DNA from: Methanobacteriota archaeon
GTDB taxonomy: Archaea; Thermoplasmatota; Thermoplasmata; RBG-16-68-12; JAFNFQ01
DNA length: 64,000 nt
NCBI GenBank assembly: GCA_017885655.1
Contig: JAFNFQ010000026.1
Span: 2,505-66,504, forward strand
Reading direction: 5' to 3'
Positions 18,706 to 28,414 of this stretch are shown here, piece after piece. Position numbers and translations under genes: made by a program. The notes under the pieces were generated by a model, which saw only the letters and a program-made list of their open reading frames with translations, was not told the DNA's origin and did not search any database. How positions within the stretch are numbered: the stretch's first letter is position 1; each line of letters begins with the position of its first letter.

Positions 18706-19719
18706 CTAGTCCCTGAGCTCCTTGCGGAGCCACGGAGCTTGCTTCTCCCCTCCTCTGAAGCCCAGCTCCCTCATGGCGGGCAGGAAATGCTTCGGAACGA
18801 AGACCCTCAGCAGCCCCGCACCCAGTCTCTCCGCTGTGGCGGCGGCGCATTTCACGATTGTCTGGACCGAATCGGTCCTTCTTGCCTCGGCTGAACCGGA
18901 CCACACGTCAATCTCGGTGACAGTCTCCGCGAAGAAGTCGCATCTCGATGCGAGGAGTAGGAATCCCAGTTGAAGCTGGTCGACCTTGACACGGACCAGC
19001 AGGTGCTTGTTGTGGCGGTCAACGCCCGCAATCTTGAACGGGGGCCAAGCGGCCAGGGCAATCTCGAACCTGAGTTGCGGCGGCTCTCTGTGGTTCCATG
19101 CTTGGAGGAAGCCGGTTATCCTGTAGTCCTCCGCCACCGGCGTCACCTTGAAATCGACATCGGGTTCCTCCATCTCTCTTAGGTCGATCTCGCACTCTCT
19201 CGTGTCCCAGAGTTCCTTGAATCCTAGGCGCCTGAAATCCAGCGAATCCCCGCCATGCTTCGAACCCACGTCCAAATTCTTGATGCTCATCTTCCTGCAG
19301 CGTTCCTCACTCTTCTCCAAGAGCAGTCTCTCGACGGACTCCTTCCCCGCGTCCTTGCTCGCCATCAGCATTTCCAGGGCGGCATATTTCTTGAACGGCG
19401 GTCCTTCATCGGCGAGCCAGAGCTCACACTCGCCCACAACCTTCCTGCCCTCCTCCGCCACCATTATCGGGAAGCCCCTCGTGATGTACTCGTGGATGTG
19501 GCGCCTGCACAGGCTGTCGTCCATCCAGTCTCCGCCATGCAGGAGCCGCTGGAACGGAGTCAGGTCCTCATAGCTGCACGGGCTGTCGCGTGTGATCGGA
19601 TTGCGGAACCAAGACCCGAATGGGTTCTCCGCGACGTGCAGCTTCACTATGGCGGTCGCGTCGTTGACGGTGGCGCTTCGGACTTGCAAGTCGCCCTCTT
19701 CTGCGGTGCATGCCCTCAT
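18706..19719 (-). CDS. GNAT-family acetyltransferase-like protein (duplicated/degenerate second half), hypothetical
   Basis: N-terminal GNAT beta1 (VRSATVNDATAIVKLHVAE), beta4 (IMVAEEGRKVVGECELWL) and FRRLGF-like motif. 337 aa. Confidence 0.45.
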   Translation of the reverse strand: MRACTAEEGDLQVRSATVNDATAIVKLHVAENPFGSWFRNPITRDSPCSYEDLTPFQRLLHGGDWMDDSLCRRHIHEYITRGFPIMVAEEGRKVVGECELWLADEGPPFKKYAALEMLMASKDAGKESVERLLLEKSEERCRKMSIKNLDVGSKHGGDSLDFRRLGFKELWDTRECEIDLREMEEPDVDFKVTPVAEDYRITGFLQAWNHREPPQLRFEIALAAWPPFKIAGVDRHNKHLLVRVKVDQLQLGFLLLASRCDFFAETVTEIDVWSGSAEARRTDSVQTIVKCAAATAERLGAGLLRVFVPKHFLPAMRELGFRGGEKQAPWLRKELRD

Positions 19720-19833
19720 GCTCTACAAATAAGTAATGAAGCAGGGGGTTCAACCTGGACGCTTGCATGTTCCGCAATGCATCCCCTCGCCCGCTGGATG
19801 GAGAGTATCGGGTGTGGTAACGTCGTGGAAACG

Positions 19834-19842
19834 TTTATATTA
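19834..19842 (+). promoter_or_regulatory. TATA box (TTTATATTA) for GTPase paralog 1
   Basis: AT-rich octamer ~40 nt upstream of ATG 19881 in otherwise GC-rich DNA. Confidence 0.4.
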
Positions 19843-19880
19843 AAACCTCTGGCTACTGAATAGCAAGGCCGGGGTTATCA

Positions 19881-20444
19881 ATGGACTCCAAGCGAATGAA
19901 GATGAAAATCTGTCTCGTCGGGGAGGCGGCGGTGGGAAAAACAAGCCTCATTCGGCGCTTCGTCCTGGATGATTTTGACGACAAGTACATTCAGACTCTG
20001 GGTACGAAGGTTTCGAAGAAGGAACTCAAGACGAACCACCCCGACCTGGACCTCGAGCTGAAGGTCGACATGACCATATGGGACATCATGGGACAGAAGG
20101 GATTCCGCGAACTGCTCAAAGAGGCGTATTTCTACGGAGCCAAGGGCATAGTCGCCGTCTGCGACTCGACGCGAAGGAGCACGCTCGACGACTTGGACGA
20201 CTGGATCGAAGGGGTCTACAGCGTGACAGGTAAGATCCCGATCGTCTTCATAGCGAACAAGTGCGACATAAGGGAGAAGATGGAGTTCGCCGAGGCCGAG
20301 ATGGTCCAGGCCACGAAGGCCTACGACTCGCCTTTCTATTTCTCCAGCGCGAAGACCGGGGAGAACGTGGAGACGGCGTTCCAATCCCTCGCCGAGCGGG
20401 TGGCCAAAGAGCGCTTGGCCAGGCGTGAACCAGTCGAGGAATAG
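19881..20444 (+). CDS. Ras/Rab-like small GTPase, paralog 1
   Basis: G1 GEAAVGKTS, switch-I Thr (TLGTKV), G3 WDIMGQ (DxxGQ), G4 NKCD, G5 SSAKTG. 187 aa. Confidence 0.8.
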   Translation: MDSKRMKMKICLVGEAAVGKTSLIRRFVLDDFDDKYIQTLGTKVSKKELKTNHPDLDLELKVDMTIWDIMGQKGFRELLKEAYFYGAKGIVAVCDSTRRSTLDDLDDWIEGVYSVTGKIPIVFIANKCDIREKMEFAEAEMVQATKAYDSPFYFSSAKTGENVETAFQSLAERVAKERLARREPVEE

Positions 20445-20984
20445 CCCTCTTGCGTCGGAGATGAACCGGCGGGCTGTCTTTTTCTCAATGAATGATCAGC
20501 CATGCCTTTGCGGAAAGATGCTGCCGCAGTAGGGGCACAGCAGTGCATCTGCCGGGGCGCGGCGGCCACATGCCGGACAGGTCGCATTCTCGACATCTTT
20601 GCCGCCGTGGACGCGACAAACACAATGATGGCGAGTATCATCCCGAGGAACATTGGCATCGGATTGAATGTCGGCGGCGAATGGTTCCAGTCAAAGGCTG
20701 GGAGGATCGAGATGGCGATGATGAAGAGCATCAGGGTGAGCAGCATCGACCCCTCTTGCCTATTCATTGCGGATGAATCAGACACCTCTTGTGGATTTGG
20801 CTTTCCCAGCATGGCCCGCACCCAAAGCACAATTGAACACGACCGATGAGTAGTGTTCGCTTGGCCATCGGTAGCACGGAGATGCCCGCCCAGAGACTAG
20901 ACCCCATTCACCCCTGTCATTCTCTGGTATTCGAATTGATACGCGTAATCAAGCGTGAGAAGCAGATTTGATACGTGCAGAGGA

Positions 20985-20993
20985 GTTTATAAC
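20985..20993 (+). promoter_or_regulatory. TATA box (GTTTATAAC) for GTPase paralog 2
   Basis: 27-35 nt upstream of ATG 21020. Implies a leaderless or short-leader mRNA. Confidence 0.4.
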
Positions 20994-21019
20994 ATCACGG
21001 GACTCATTTCGTATTCTTC

Positions 21020-21583
21020 ATGCAGACTGAGACTCTTCTCACACAGAAGCATGTGAAGGCGAAGCTGTGCCTCGTCGGCGAGACCGGCGTTGGCAAGACA
21101 TCGTTGATCCGGAGGTTCGTGACGGACAGATTCGATGACAGGTACATCGCGACGGTCGGCACGAAGATCACGAAGAAAAGCGCGGATGTCTTGTGGCGTG
21201 ACGAACCGAGGACGCTCGACATGACGATCTGGGACATCATGGGCGAGAAAGGTTTTCGTACACTACTCAAGGAGGCGTACTTCCACGGTTCTCAGGGCAT
21301 CATCGCGGTCTGCGACCTCACCAGGCCGGACACGCTCTTCGACCTGAGCGGATGGGTGAACATTGCGGTCAAGCAGGTCGGAGAGGTGCCGTTCGTTTTC
21401 CTGGGGAACAAGACTGACCTGTCCAAGGAGAAGCTCGTGGACGAGGAGGATCTTGCGAAGCTGTCCGCGATCCACAAGTCCCCCTACTACCTCACGAGCG
21501 CAAAGACCGGCGAGAACATCGATCACGCGTTCAAGTCGATATCGAAGGCGATAGTCGCGGCATATTCGGACGAGACTGGCTGA
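21020..21583 (+). CDS. Ras/Rab-like small GTPase, paralog 2
   Basis: GETGVGKTS, TVGTKI, WDIMGEKG (Gln of DxxGQ replaced by Glu), NKTD, TSAKTG. 187 aa. Confidence 0.8.
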   Translation: MQTETLLTQKHVKAKLCLVGETGVGKTSLIRRFVTDRFDDRYIATVGTKITKKSADVLWRDEPRTLDMTIWDIMGEKGFRTLLKEAYFHGSQGIIAVCDLTRPDTLFDLSGWVNIAVKQVGEVPFVFLGNKTDLSKEKLVDEEDLAKLSAIHKSPYYLTSAKTGENIDHAFKSISKAIVAAYSDETG

Positions 21584-21615
21584 GGATATCACTTGAGATA
21601 ACCACGAAGTAACTG

Positions 21616-21624
21616 CTTTATAAT
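21616..21624 (+). promoter_or_regulatory. TATA box (CTTTATAAT) for GTPase paralog 3
   Basis: 23-31 nt upstream of the 21647 start. Confidence 0.4.
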
Positions 21625-21646
21625 CGCGGGAACGTGGATTTCCTCG

Positions 21647-22213
21647 ATGTCGACAGTTGGAGCGGTCACCGCAACTAAGCAGAGGATGAAGGTCAAGATC
21701 TGTCTGGTCGGAGAGGGGGCGGTGGGCAAGACCTGCCTCATCCGCCGCTTCATCCACGATCAGTTCGACGACAAGTACATCTCGACTTTGGGGGCGAAGG
21801 TCTCCAAGAAGGAGATCAGTATGCCCGACCCCAGGGGCGGGCCAGACCTCGAGATAGACATGACAGTCTGGGACATCATGGGAGAGAAAGGCTTCCGTGA
21901 GCTGCTCAAAGAAGCATATTTCCATGGAGCGCAGGGCATCCTGGCGCTGTGCGATGTCACACGCAAGGACACGCTGCTGGAGCTGCCCGAGTGGGTCAAC
22001 GCGGTGAACAAGGTTGCCGGCGCGGTCCCGATGACGCTGCTGGCAAACAAGGTCGACCTTGTCAACCAGCGCGTCATCACCGACGAGGAGATCACGAAGG
22101 TGGCCGAAAGCTACAAGGCGCCCTGGATGAAGACGAGCGCCAAGACAGGCGAGAACGTAGAGTCCGGGTTCCAGAAGCTCGCGTGGCTCATCGCGAACAA
22201 GACTCTCCAGTGA
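21647..22213 (+). CDS. Ras/Rab-like small GTPase, paralog 3
   Basis: GEGAVGKTC, TLGAKV, WDIMGEKG, NKVD, TSAKTG. 188 aa. Confidence 0.8.
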   Translation: MSTVGAVTATKQRMKVKICLVGEGAVGKTCLIRRFIHDQFDDKYISTLGAKVSKKEISMPDPRGGPDLEIDMTVWDIMGEKGFRELLKEAYFHGAQGILALCDVTRKDTLLELPEWVNAVNKVAGAVPMTLLANKVDLVNQRVITDEEITKVAESYKAPWMKTSAKTGENVESGFQKLAWLIANKTLQ

Positions 22214-22292
22214 GTCTCCGACGCAATCCTGGTGCTGCAAGCTCTGTCAGCCTGAGCGCTGTACGCGATCGCCAGGCAAATCGACGAGATGC

Positions 22293-23618
22293 CTAGGGAA
22301 TCAGCCTATTCCTGTCCCTTGGGAAAAGCACGGCTTCGCGGATGTTCGGCAGGTCCAGCATTTTTTGCACGAACCTGTCGATGCCGAACCCCCAACCGCC
22401 GTGCGGCGGCATGCCGAACCTGAACGGTTTGAGGTAGAAATCGAAGTTCACGAGGTCCAGTCCGAAAGCCTTCATTCTCTCAACGAGTTTGTCATACCTG
22501 TGCTCCCTCTGCCCGCCAGAGGCCATCTCCATGCCCTTGTACTCCATGTCGAACGAGTTGCTGTACTCCGGGTCGTCTTCCTTCGGCATGACGTAGAACG
22601 CCTTGATTGCTGAGGGATAGTCGCGTATGTAGTACAGCTCGTGACCCTTTTCCTGCATCGCTCTCCCGATGATCTTCTCGCCCTCTGTGTCGATGTCGTC
22701 GCCTTCTTTGACTTTCTTGCCGTACTCTTGCAGGATCCCGATTGCGTCGACATACAGCAGCCGGGGAATCGGGAGGCTCGGGACCTTCGGGTCAAGCCCG
22801 AGGATCTCCAGATGCTCCTTGCCGTGCTCCTTCACGTAAGCAATGCTCCCGACGACGCACTCCTCGAGCATCTTGAGGAAATCCTCCTGATGCCTGATGA
22901 ACGCGACCTCCGCGTCGAAGGAGATGAATTCGGTGATGTGGCGGACGGTGTCGGACGGCTCCGCGCGGAACGCGGGACTTATCTCGAAGACGCGGTCGAA
23001 CCCGGTAGCCATGAGCATCTGCTTGTAGAGCTGCGGGCTCTGAGAGAGGAATGCACGCTTCCCGAAATAGTCGGTCTCGAAGAGTGACGCGCCGCCCTCC
23101 GCGCCCGCGCCGGCGAGCTTGGGCGTGTGGACTTCTACGAAACCATTCGCGTACATGTAGTCCCTGATCGACCTGAGTGCAAGCGAACGGATTGCGAACA
23201 GCGCTCTGTGCTCGGGCTTCCTCAGGTCCATGAACCTGTTGTCCAGGCGGGTGTCGAGCTCCGCACCGACCTTGTCAACGACGCCGAGGGGCAGTGGCGC
23301 CTCCGCGGGACTCAGCACCTCCAGCTTGGCGGGCAGAATCTCGAAGCCATTCCTCGCCTGCTTGTTCGCTACGACTCTTCCAGTTGCGCCGATGACCGAC
23401 TCGCGGTTCACCGCCACGGCCTGTCCAAGAATATCCGGGTCGTCCTTCTTCTTGAATGTGAGCTGGAGAGTCCCCTCTCTCTGCCTCAAAATGATGAACA
23501 CGACCCCGCCCAGATTGCGGATGTCTTCCACCCAGCCCGCCACGCTGACGATTCTTCCATCATCCGAGGGGCTGATGTCCTTGAGTCTCGCGTATGGAGG
23601 CTGCTGTGCGCCTGACAT
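22293..23618 (-). CDS. aspS: aspartyl-tRNA synthetase (archaeal type, class IIb)
   Basis: N-terminal OB anticodon-binding fold, motif 2 (FRAE), motif 3 (GGWGFGIDRF…LFPRDRNRLIP). Start moved to the second Met (23618), because a TATA-like TTTATAGCG sits at 23646-23654 on the minus strand, inside the track ORF's first codons. Confidence 0.9.
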   Translation of the reverse strand: MSGAQQPPYARLKDISPSDDGRIVSVAGWVEDIRNLGGVVFIILRQREGTLQLTFKKKDDPDILGQAVAVNRESVIGATGRVVANKQARNGFEILPAKLEVLSPAEAPLPLGVVDKVGAELDTRLDNRFMDLRKPEHRALFAIRSLALRSIRDYMYANGFVEVHTPKLAGAGAEGGASLFETDYFGKRAFLSQSPQLYKQMLMATGFDRVFEISPAFRAEPSDTVRHITEFISFDAEVAFIRHQEDFLKMLEECVVGSIAYVKEHGKEHLEILGLDPKVPSLPIPRLLYVDAIGILQEYGKKVKEGDDIDTEGEKIIGRAMQEKGHELYYIRDYPSAIKAFYVMPKEDDPEYSNSFDMEYKGMEMASGGQREHRYDKLVERMKAFGLDLVNFDFYLKPFRFGMPPHGGWGFGIDRFVQKMLDLPNIREAVLFPRDRNRLIP

Positions 23619-23722
23619 TGGGTCACGCTGAAAGATTGCCACGCTATAAAGGTGTTTGCGAGGGCCGTGGCTTGCGATTCACTCAGCGGAGTCGGTCGCC
23701 TCCCGCCAATGAGTGCGCATTC

Positions 23723-24913
23723 TCAGATGAGGTCCAGGAACTTCTCGACGAGCTGCGGGTGTCTTTCCTTGATGACTTTCAGGATGCGGTGAATCGAAAG
23801 TTTCTCGACACCTACCTCGGCGAGAGTCCCTATGATCAGGTCGAACTCCTCGTCGGTGAGCGTGACCAGCTTGTTCTTCGCCATCCAGTTGCGGTAGAGG
23901 CCCTCTTCCAGGATCGCCCGCCAGCCTCTCTCATACTTCATGAGCTGGTTTAGCGACCAGTCGCCCGTCCTTGCCGCTTCCCCGAGCACCTCACCGAGGA
24001 TTTTCCCTGCCCTGCAGCCGTTCCCGATTCCACCGCCAGTGATCGGATCGACCAGCCTCGCAGCATCGCCGACGAGGGCGACACCATCCCGCACAGTCTC
24101 GTCTATAGGCGCGCATGTTGAGACCGCGCCTGTGACCATGTCGAGCATCTGCGCCTTCTTCATGCGCGGTTCCTTGGCTATCCATCTGTCCAGGTAACCC
24201 CTGATTTCGTTGGGTTCCTTCAATCTGTCAAGCGAAAGCCCGATGCCCACGTTGGCGGTGCACTCGTCCTTCGGAAAGACCCATATGTACCCGCCAGGCG
24301 CGATGCTCCCGAGGAGGAACTCGCAGTAGTTCGGGAAGTCCTCGTCGGGCTGGATGTTCGTCAGCCTGTATTGCAGTGTAGCGGTGACGTCTTCCGCCTT
24401 GAGGATCGTCTTGATCCCCGCCCACCGTCCTACCTGCGACTCGTAGCCGTCCGCGCCGACAATGACCTTGGCCTTGATGTCCATATTCTCGCTGAGCCGC
24501 CCGACGCGCACGCCCGTCACCTTGCCGTTCTCCTTCAGCAGCCCGAATGCCGTAGTCTTGACCCAGATCTCTGCGCCCGCTTTGGCGGCGTGCTTGGCGA
24601 GCGTCTTGTCGAACATGTCCCTCTCGACGACTATCCCCACCTCATTCCCTGCGTGCCTCTCATCAATCTTGAAGACTTTGCCGCCAGGGGAGATGACCTT
24701 GGCGCCCTTGACCTCGATAGCCACCCATCTCCTGTCATATGGAATATTGCATTCTTCCAGGAAATGTCTCGCGATGCCCTCGCCACACCTGACAGGCGAG
24801 CCTATCTCCTGGCGCTTCTCGATCATCAGGACCGTCGCGCCGCCTTCTGCGGCGTATCTGGCGGTCAGGCTCCCGGCGGGTCCAGCGCCAACAACAACGA
24901 CATCGTATTCCAT
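23723..24913 (-). CDS. geranylgeranyl reductase (digeranylgeranylglycerophospholipid reductase family)
   Basis: Internal ATG 24911-24913, MEYDVVVVGAGPAGSLTARYAA… FAD Rossmann fold, PxVRCGEG motif, 396 aa. The track N-terminal extension overlaps the ferredoxin gene. Confidence 0.9.
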   Translation of the reverse strand: MEYDVVVVGAGPAGSLTARYAAEGGATVLMIEKRQEIGSPVRCGEGIARHFLEECNIPYDRRWVAIEVKGAKVISPGGKVFKIDERHAGNEVGIVVERDMFDKTLAKHAAKAGAEIWVKTTAFGLLKENGKVTGVRVGRLSENMDIKAKVIVGADGYESQVGRWAGIKTILKAEDVTATLQYRLTNIQPDEDFPNYCEFLLGSIAPGGYIWVFPKDECTANVGIGLSLDRLKEPNEIRGYLDRWIAKEPRMKKAQMLDMVTGAVSTCAPIDETVRDGVALVGDAARLVDPITGGGIGNGCRAGKILGEVLGEAARTGDWSLNQLMKYERGWRAILEEGLYRNWMAKNKLVTLTDEEFDLIIGTLAEVGVEKLSIHRILKVIKERHPQLVEKFLDLI

Positions 24914-24917
24914 GTCC

Positions 24918-25151
24918 TCACCTCCGCCTGGACAGCCTGTGCCCCTGCGGGTAGTCGATCGCACCGACCGCGCACACTCGCACACACATGCCGCACTGCG
25001 TGCACTTCTCGTCGAAAGAGAGGAACGTCTCGTAGAGGAAGATCGAGTTCATCGGACATGTGCCGACGCACGCTCCGCAGTGCATGCAGAGAGTGCCTTC
25101 AACGGTCATGCGGCCGCTGTCGTCTCCGCTCGTGTAACCTTTAGGCCTCAT
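24918..25151 (-). CDS. 2x[4Fe-4S] ferredoxin
   Basis: CMHCGACVGTCP and CTQCGMCVRVCAVGA motifs. Probable start at internal Met 25109 (MTVEG…). The track start would overlap the rSAM stop by 11 nt. Confidence 0.75.
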   Translation of the reverse strand: MRPKGYTSGDDSGRMTVEGTLCMHCGACVGTCPMNSIFLYETFLSFDEKCTQCGMCVRVCAVGAIDYPQGHRLSRRR

Positions 25152-26754
25152 GCTTCTTCCTCCATTCCTCGAGGGGAACCGAGAACTTCTTCTCTGTCGA
25201 CTCGCGGAAGACAGGCCCTGTGTTGTACGCGCAGAACGGGATTATCTTGCCATCCGGCGTGGCATAGTGCACGCCGCACCTCTTCACCCGCTCTATGTCG
25301 TAGTTGTAGAGGTCCATGAAGTGCATCGCGCCGACGTACATCGTCGCCCAGGAGAATTCCGATACCCCCTGCTTGTCACCCCTGGTGAGCATCGAGCCGA
25401 GTATCTTCCTCATCTTGACGAGGCTCATCTGGTCGGGCGACTTCGTCTGGTCGAAGTGCCTGCTCAGGATCCTGAAGGCCTTGACCTTCGTGAGGAGCAG
25501 CATCCTCTTGCCCCTCGCCTCCTGCGTCAGGGCCCACAGCTCCTCCATCAGTCCCTCGACGTCGACGAACCTGGTGATCGGCAGGGGGGGCTTCCCCGTC
25601 TGGAGGAAGAAGTACGACGCGAGGCCGCAGCCCGGGTGAGTCGTGAAAGATGTCTTCGGGGTGCCCGCGAAGATCGAGAACAGCTCGGACAGCGGGGACA
25701 CGAACGGCGGCGGGTACCAGTCGTCCTTCGTCAGGTATCCCGTCTGCTTCTCGACGTCGTGAACTAGGTCGCTCAGGGTGTACCTAAGCTTCCTCCGGTC
25801 CTCGTCGGGGATCCTGCCCGAGAGGCTTACAGGTTGGAAGTTGATGCCTTTGATTACATCCCCGTTCTCGATGCCGTATTTGATGATCTCGCCGACCTGG
25901 TCGTCGTTGAACGTCTTGACTATCGTCGGTACGAGGACCACGGAGGGTCGCCTCTCCTTCGGCACCTCTCTCACGTTGGCGATGACCTTCTTCTTGGTAT
26001 CCAGCAGGGCGACACCGCGAGTCTTCTTGTAGTTCTCGTCGCGGAGGCCGTCGAACTGCAGGTAGATGGTGTCCAGCCCCGCCTTCGAGGCATCGTCCAG
26101 GAACTTCGGTTCGTTGGCCATCCTGATCCCGTTCGTGGCGACCTGGATCTGCGTGAATCCGAGCCTGTTGGCTTCTCTGAGCACATCGTGAAACCTTGGA
26201 TAGATAGTCGGCTCGCCGCCTGACAGCTGTATCGCGTTGACGGGGATAGGCCTCTGCTCCTTAAGCATCTTGAGCTCCCCCGCAATCTGATCGTAGCTCG
26301 GCTCGAAGACGTAACCCGCCGCGTTCGCGTTCGCGAAGCACACGGGGCACTTGAGGTTGCATCGGTTGGTGAGATCGATGTTGGCGAGGCAGGTGTTGGT
26401 GTAGTGGAGGTTGCACAGGCCGCAATCTGTCGGGCAGGTCGTCGCGTTGGTGACCTGCGGGTTCTCAATGCCGACGCCGTCGAAGGCCCATTTCTCCGCC
26501 TTGAGGTAGAGCTCGACGTCGGACCACAGGACGTCTTCAAAGTGACCGTGCTCGTCGCAGTCCTTCTTCATCATCAGCGCGCCCTTGTCCGCGTAGATCG
26601 TGGCGGGAATGATCTTGACGCACTCGGGGCAGAGCGATTCCGTCTGCCGGGGCAACCCCTTCTCGAGCTTCGAGGGCGTGGTGACCATGCCCTCGTCCCG
26701 CGACTCCTCGTAGACTTTTTTCAGCACAGTCCCGTTAGCACCGCACAGAGCCAT
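25141..26754 (-). CDS. radical SAM enzyme, 537 aa, with N-terminal Cys/His zinc-ribbon-like region and two tandem Cx3Cx2C motifs; candidate lipid-modifying (Tes/GDGT-MAS-like) enzyme
   Basis: CNLKCPVC radical-SAM triad is preceded by CPTDCGLC. N-terminal CPEC…CDEHGH. First gene of a tight operon with ferredoxin and GGR. Family assignment is inference. Confidence 0.8.
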   Translation of the reverse strand: MALCGANGTVLKKVYEESRDEGMVTTPSKLEKGLPRQTESLCPECVKIIPATIYADKGALMMKKDCDEHGHFEDVLWSDVELYLKAEKWAFDGVGIENPQVTNATTCPTDCGLCNLHYTNTCLANIDLTNRCNLKCPVCFANANAAGYVFEPSYDQIAGELKMLKEQRPIPVNAIQLSGGEPTIYPRFHDVLREANRLGFTQIQVATNGIRMANEPKFLDDASKAGLDTIYLQFDGLRDENYKKTRGVALLDTKKKVIANVREVPKERRPSVVLVPTIVKTFNDDQVGEIIKYGIENGDVIKGINFQPVSLSGRIPDEDRRKLRYTLSDLVHDVEKQTGYLTKDDWYPPPFVSPLSELFSIFAGTPKTSFTTHPGCGLASYFFLQTGKPPLPITRFVDVEGLMEELWALTQEARGKRMLLLTKVKAFRILSRHFDQTKSPDQMSLVKMRKILGSMLTRGDKQGVSEFSWATMYVGAMHFMDLYNYDIERVKRCGVHYATPDGKIIPFCAYNTGPVFRESTEKKFSVPLEEWRKKHEA

Positions 26755-27096
26755 CTTGAATCACTTGACCGGAATGAAGAAACGGTCTGCAAATAAACAT
26801 TTTGTAGCTATGCCTACTACGAGACGGGGAAAAGGGAGAGATTGGCTCATTCTTTCTTGGCGGGGGTGTCGTCTGAGCACGGTGATTTTCTCCTGAACTC
26901 TTTGTGATTGATTCCGGATTTCTTGGAGAATGCGGAATGTCATCTACGTATCAACTACGGACCAACAACGCTCCAACTACGGTCTGGAAGCGCCACAAAG
27001 ACATTTGATGCCCGAAATCTTCTTATCTTCAAGTGGGCTTCACGCTCAGGTCAGACTGGGGCGACGCACTCAGTCGCCTTGACGCGAGGTGCGGAC

Positions 27097-27663
27097 ATGG
27101 CAAAGATCTCCAATGTCTTCGGCACGACTTTCAGCGGCAGGATAGGGAAGAAGATGATCGCCTCATCGTGGAAGGGGCACGAGTACATCCGCACCTACGT
27201 GAAGCCGCACAACCCGAATACCAGGAACCAGCGAAGGGCGAGGGGGCGGTTCGCCGCGGCCGTCGAGGAGTGGCAGGGGTTCTCCGGCGTGCAGCAGGAG
27301 TTCTACGACAGGATCGCCGAGAGGATGAGCGGGTTCAACCTGTTCATCAGCAGGTACGTGAAGGCGGTGCGGGATGGAGAGGAGCCGGAGACGCCGGTGG
27401 AGATGAGGTGGAAGACCGCTGGCGGGGGGCTCATCGAGGACGGCGACCTGATAGTCATGGCGGGGAAGCGCGAGGTGTTCAGGGTCGGCCTGGGTGAGGG
27501 CAGGGCGGAGGTCGCGCTCACACAGTCGGACTCACCCTACTTCTTCGTACTCAAGAATGGAATGGCGAGGGAGGAGGTACTGGAGATCAGGGACCTGGCA
27601 AAGGCGGGAGTCCCCAAGGTGCTCGAGAGCAGGAAGCTGGGAATAAAGCTGGTGGCATACTAG
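27097..27663 (+). CDS. hypothetical protein (188 aa)
   Basis: Internal ATG 27097 (MAKISNVFGTTFSGRIGKK…) chosen over the track start 26908, whose upstream part lies in a promoter-like region. Good codon usage. Confidence 0.45.
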   Translation: MAKISNVFGTTFSGRIGKKMIASSWKGHEYIRTYVKPHNPNTRNQRRARGRFAAAVEEWQGFSGVQQEFYDRIAERMSGFNLFISRYVKAVRDGEEPETPVEMRWKTAGGGLIEDGDLIVMAGKREVFRVGLGEGRAEVALTQSDSPYFFVLKNGMAREEVLEIRDLAKAGVPKVLESRKLGIKLVAY

Positions 27664-28414
27664 CCGAGGTCAATTGCACTGCGCGCGTTCGCGATCATCC
27701 TGCTCGTGGCGGGAGAGCGGTCTTCGAAGAAGCGGCCATGGACGGCCGGGAAGGACGGGATGGCGGTGGCGAAGGCGTTCACCTTCACCTCGATGCCATT
27801 CGTCGTCGCGGAGGCGGCAACTGGCGTGGCGTCTTTCCTCACAGGGCAGCTGTCGATGCCGCCGCTGGTTGGAGTGGGCACTGCCGTTGACTTGGCGATT
27901 GCCCTTGCAGGAATGGTCACCGCGATTCTACGGACGGTGAGGACAAGACCATCGGGAGCAGGAGAAACGGGCGCGCCGCAGAAGCGGTGACAGGCGGGAG
28001 TCCGACCTGTTTTCCGGCCGCCACACCCTCATGTTACGTGGGGGTCTCGATGACACCCTCGGAAACGGAGGACCTTCAAGACCCTCCGGGCCGCTTTGCA
28101 GGAATTCCCTTCCGTAACGGGAGTCACTGAGCACTCGCAGACCCTGCAAGAAGGGATAAATATCAATCCGCCGTTCCGCGATCCAAAGTTCCCTGCGAAA
28201 TGGGAGTGGAGAAGATGAAGCGGAATATGTTTCGGCGTGTCGCGGTAGGTCTGATTGTCGCCGCCCTCAAGGAAGGGCAACCATTGGAAGGGAATCCATA
28301 TAATGTCGTGGAAAAGTTCTGGAGTCCAGTCGAATCCCAGCATCTCAAGCTGATAGTCGTCCTTGGAGAAACGTACCTTACCGAAGGCAGTATTGTTACA
28401 GCCTACATCGAGTA

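Noticed and set aside
20336-20849. Either of two small ORFs in the spacer after GTPase paralog 1 (minus 164 aa 2-TM peptide; plus 115 aa Cys-rich peptide)
   Set aside because: They are mutually exclusive. The minus ORF's 3' end overlaps the GTPase gene by 108 nt antisense, and the plus ORF has no recognisable fold. Neither can be supported from sequence alone, so they are left uncalled and only flagged in the GTPase finding.
21263-22240. 325-aa minus-strand ORF spanning GTPase paralogs 2 and 3
   Set aside because: It is exactly antisense to two strong Ras-like GTPase genes and crosses their intergenic promoter. It shows no protein-like features.
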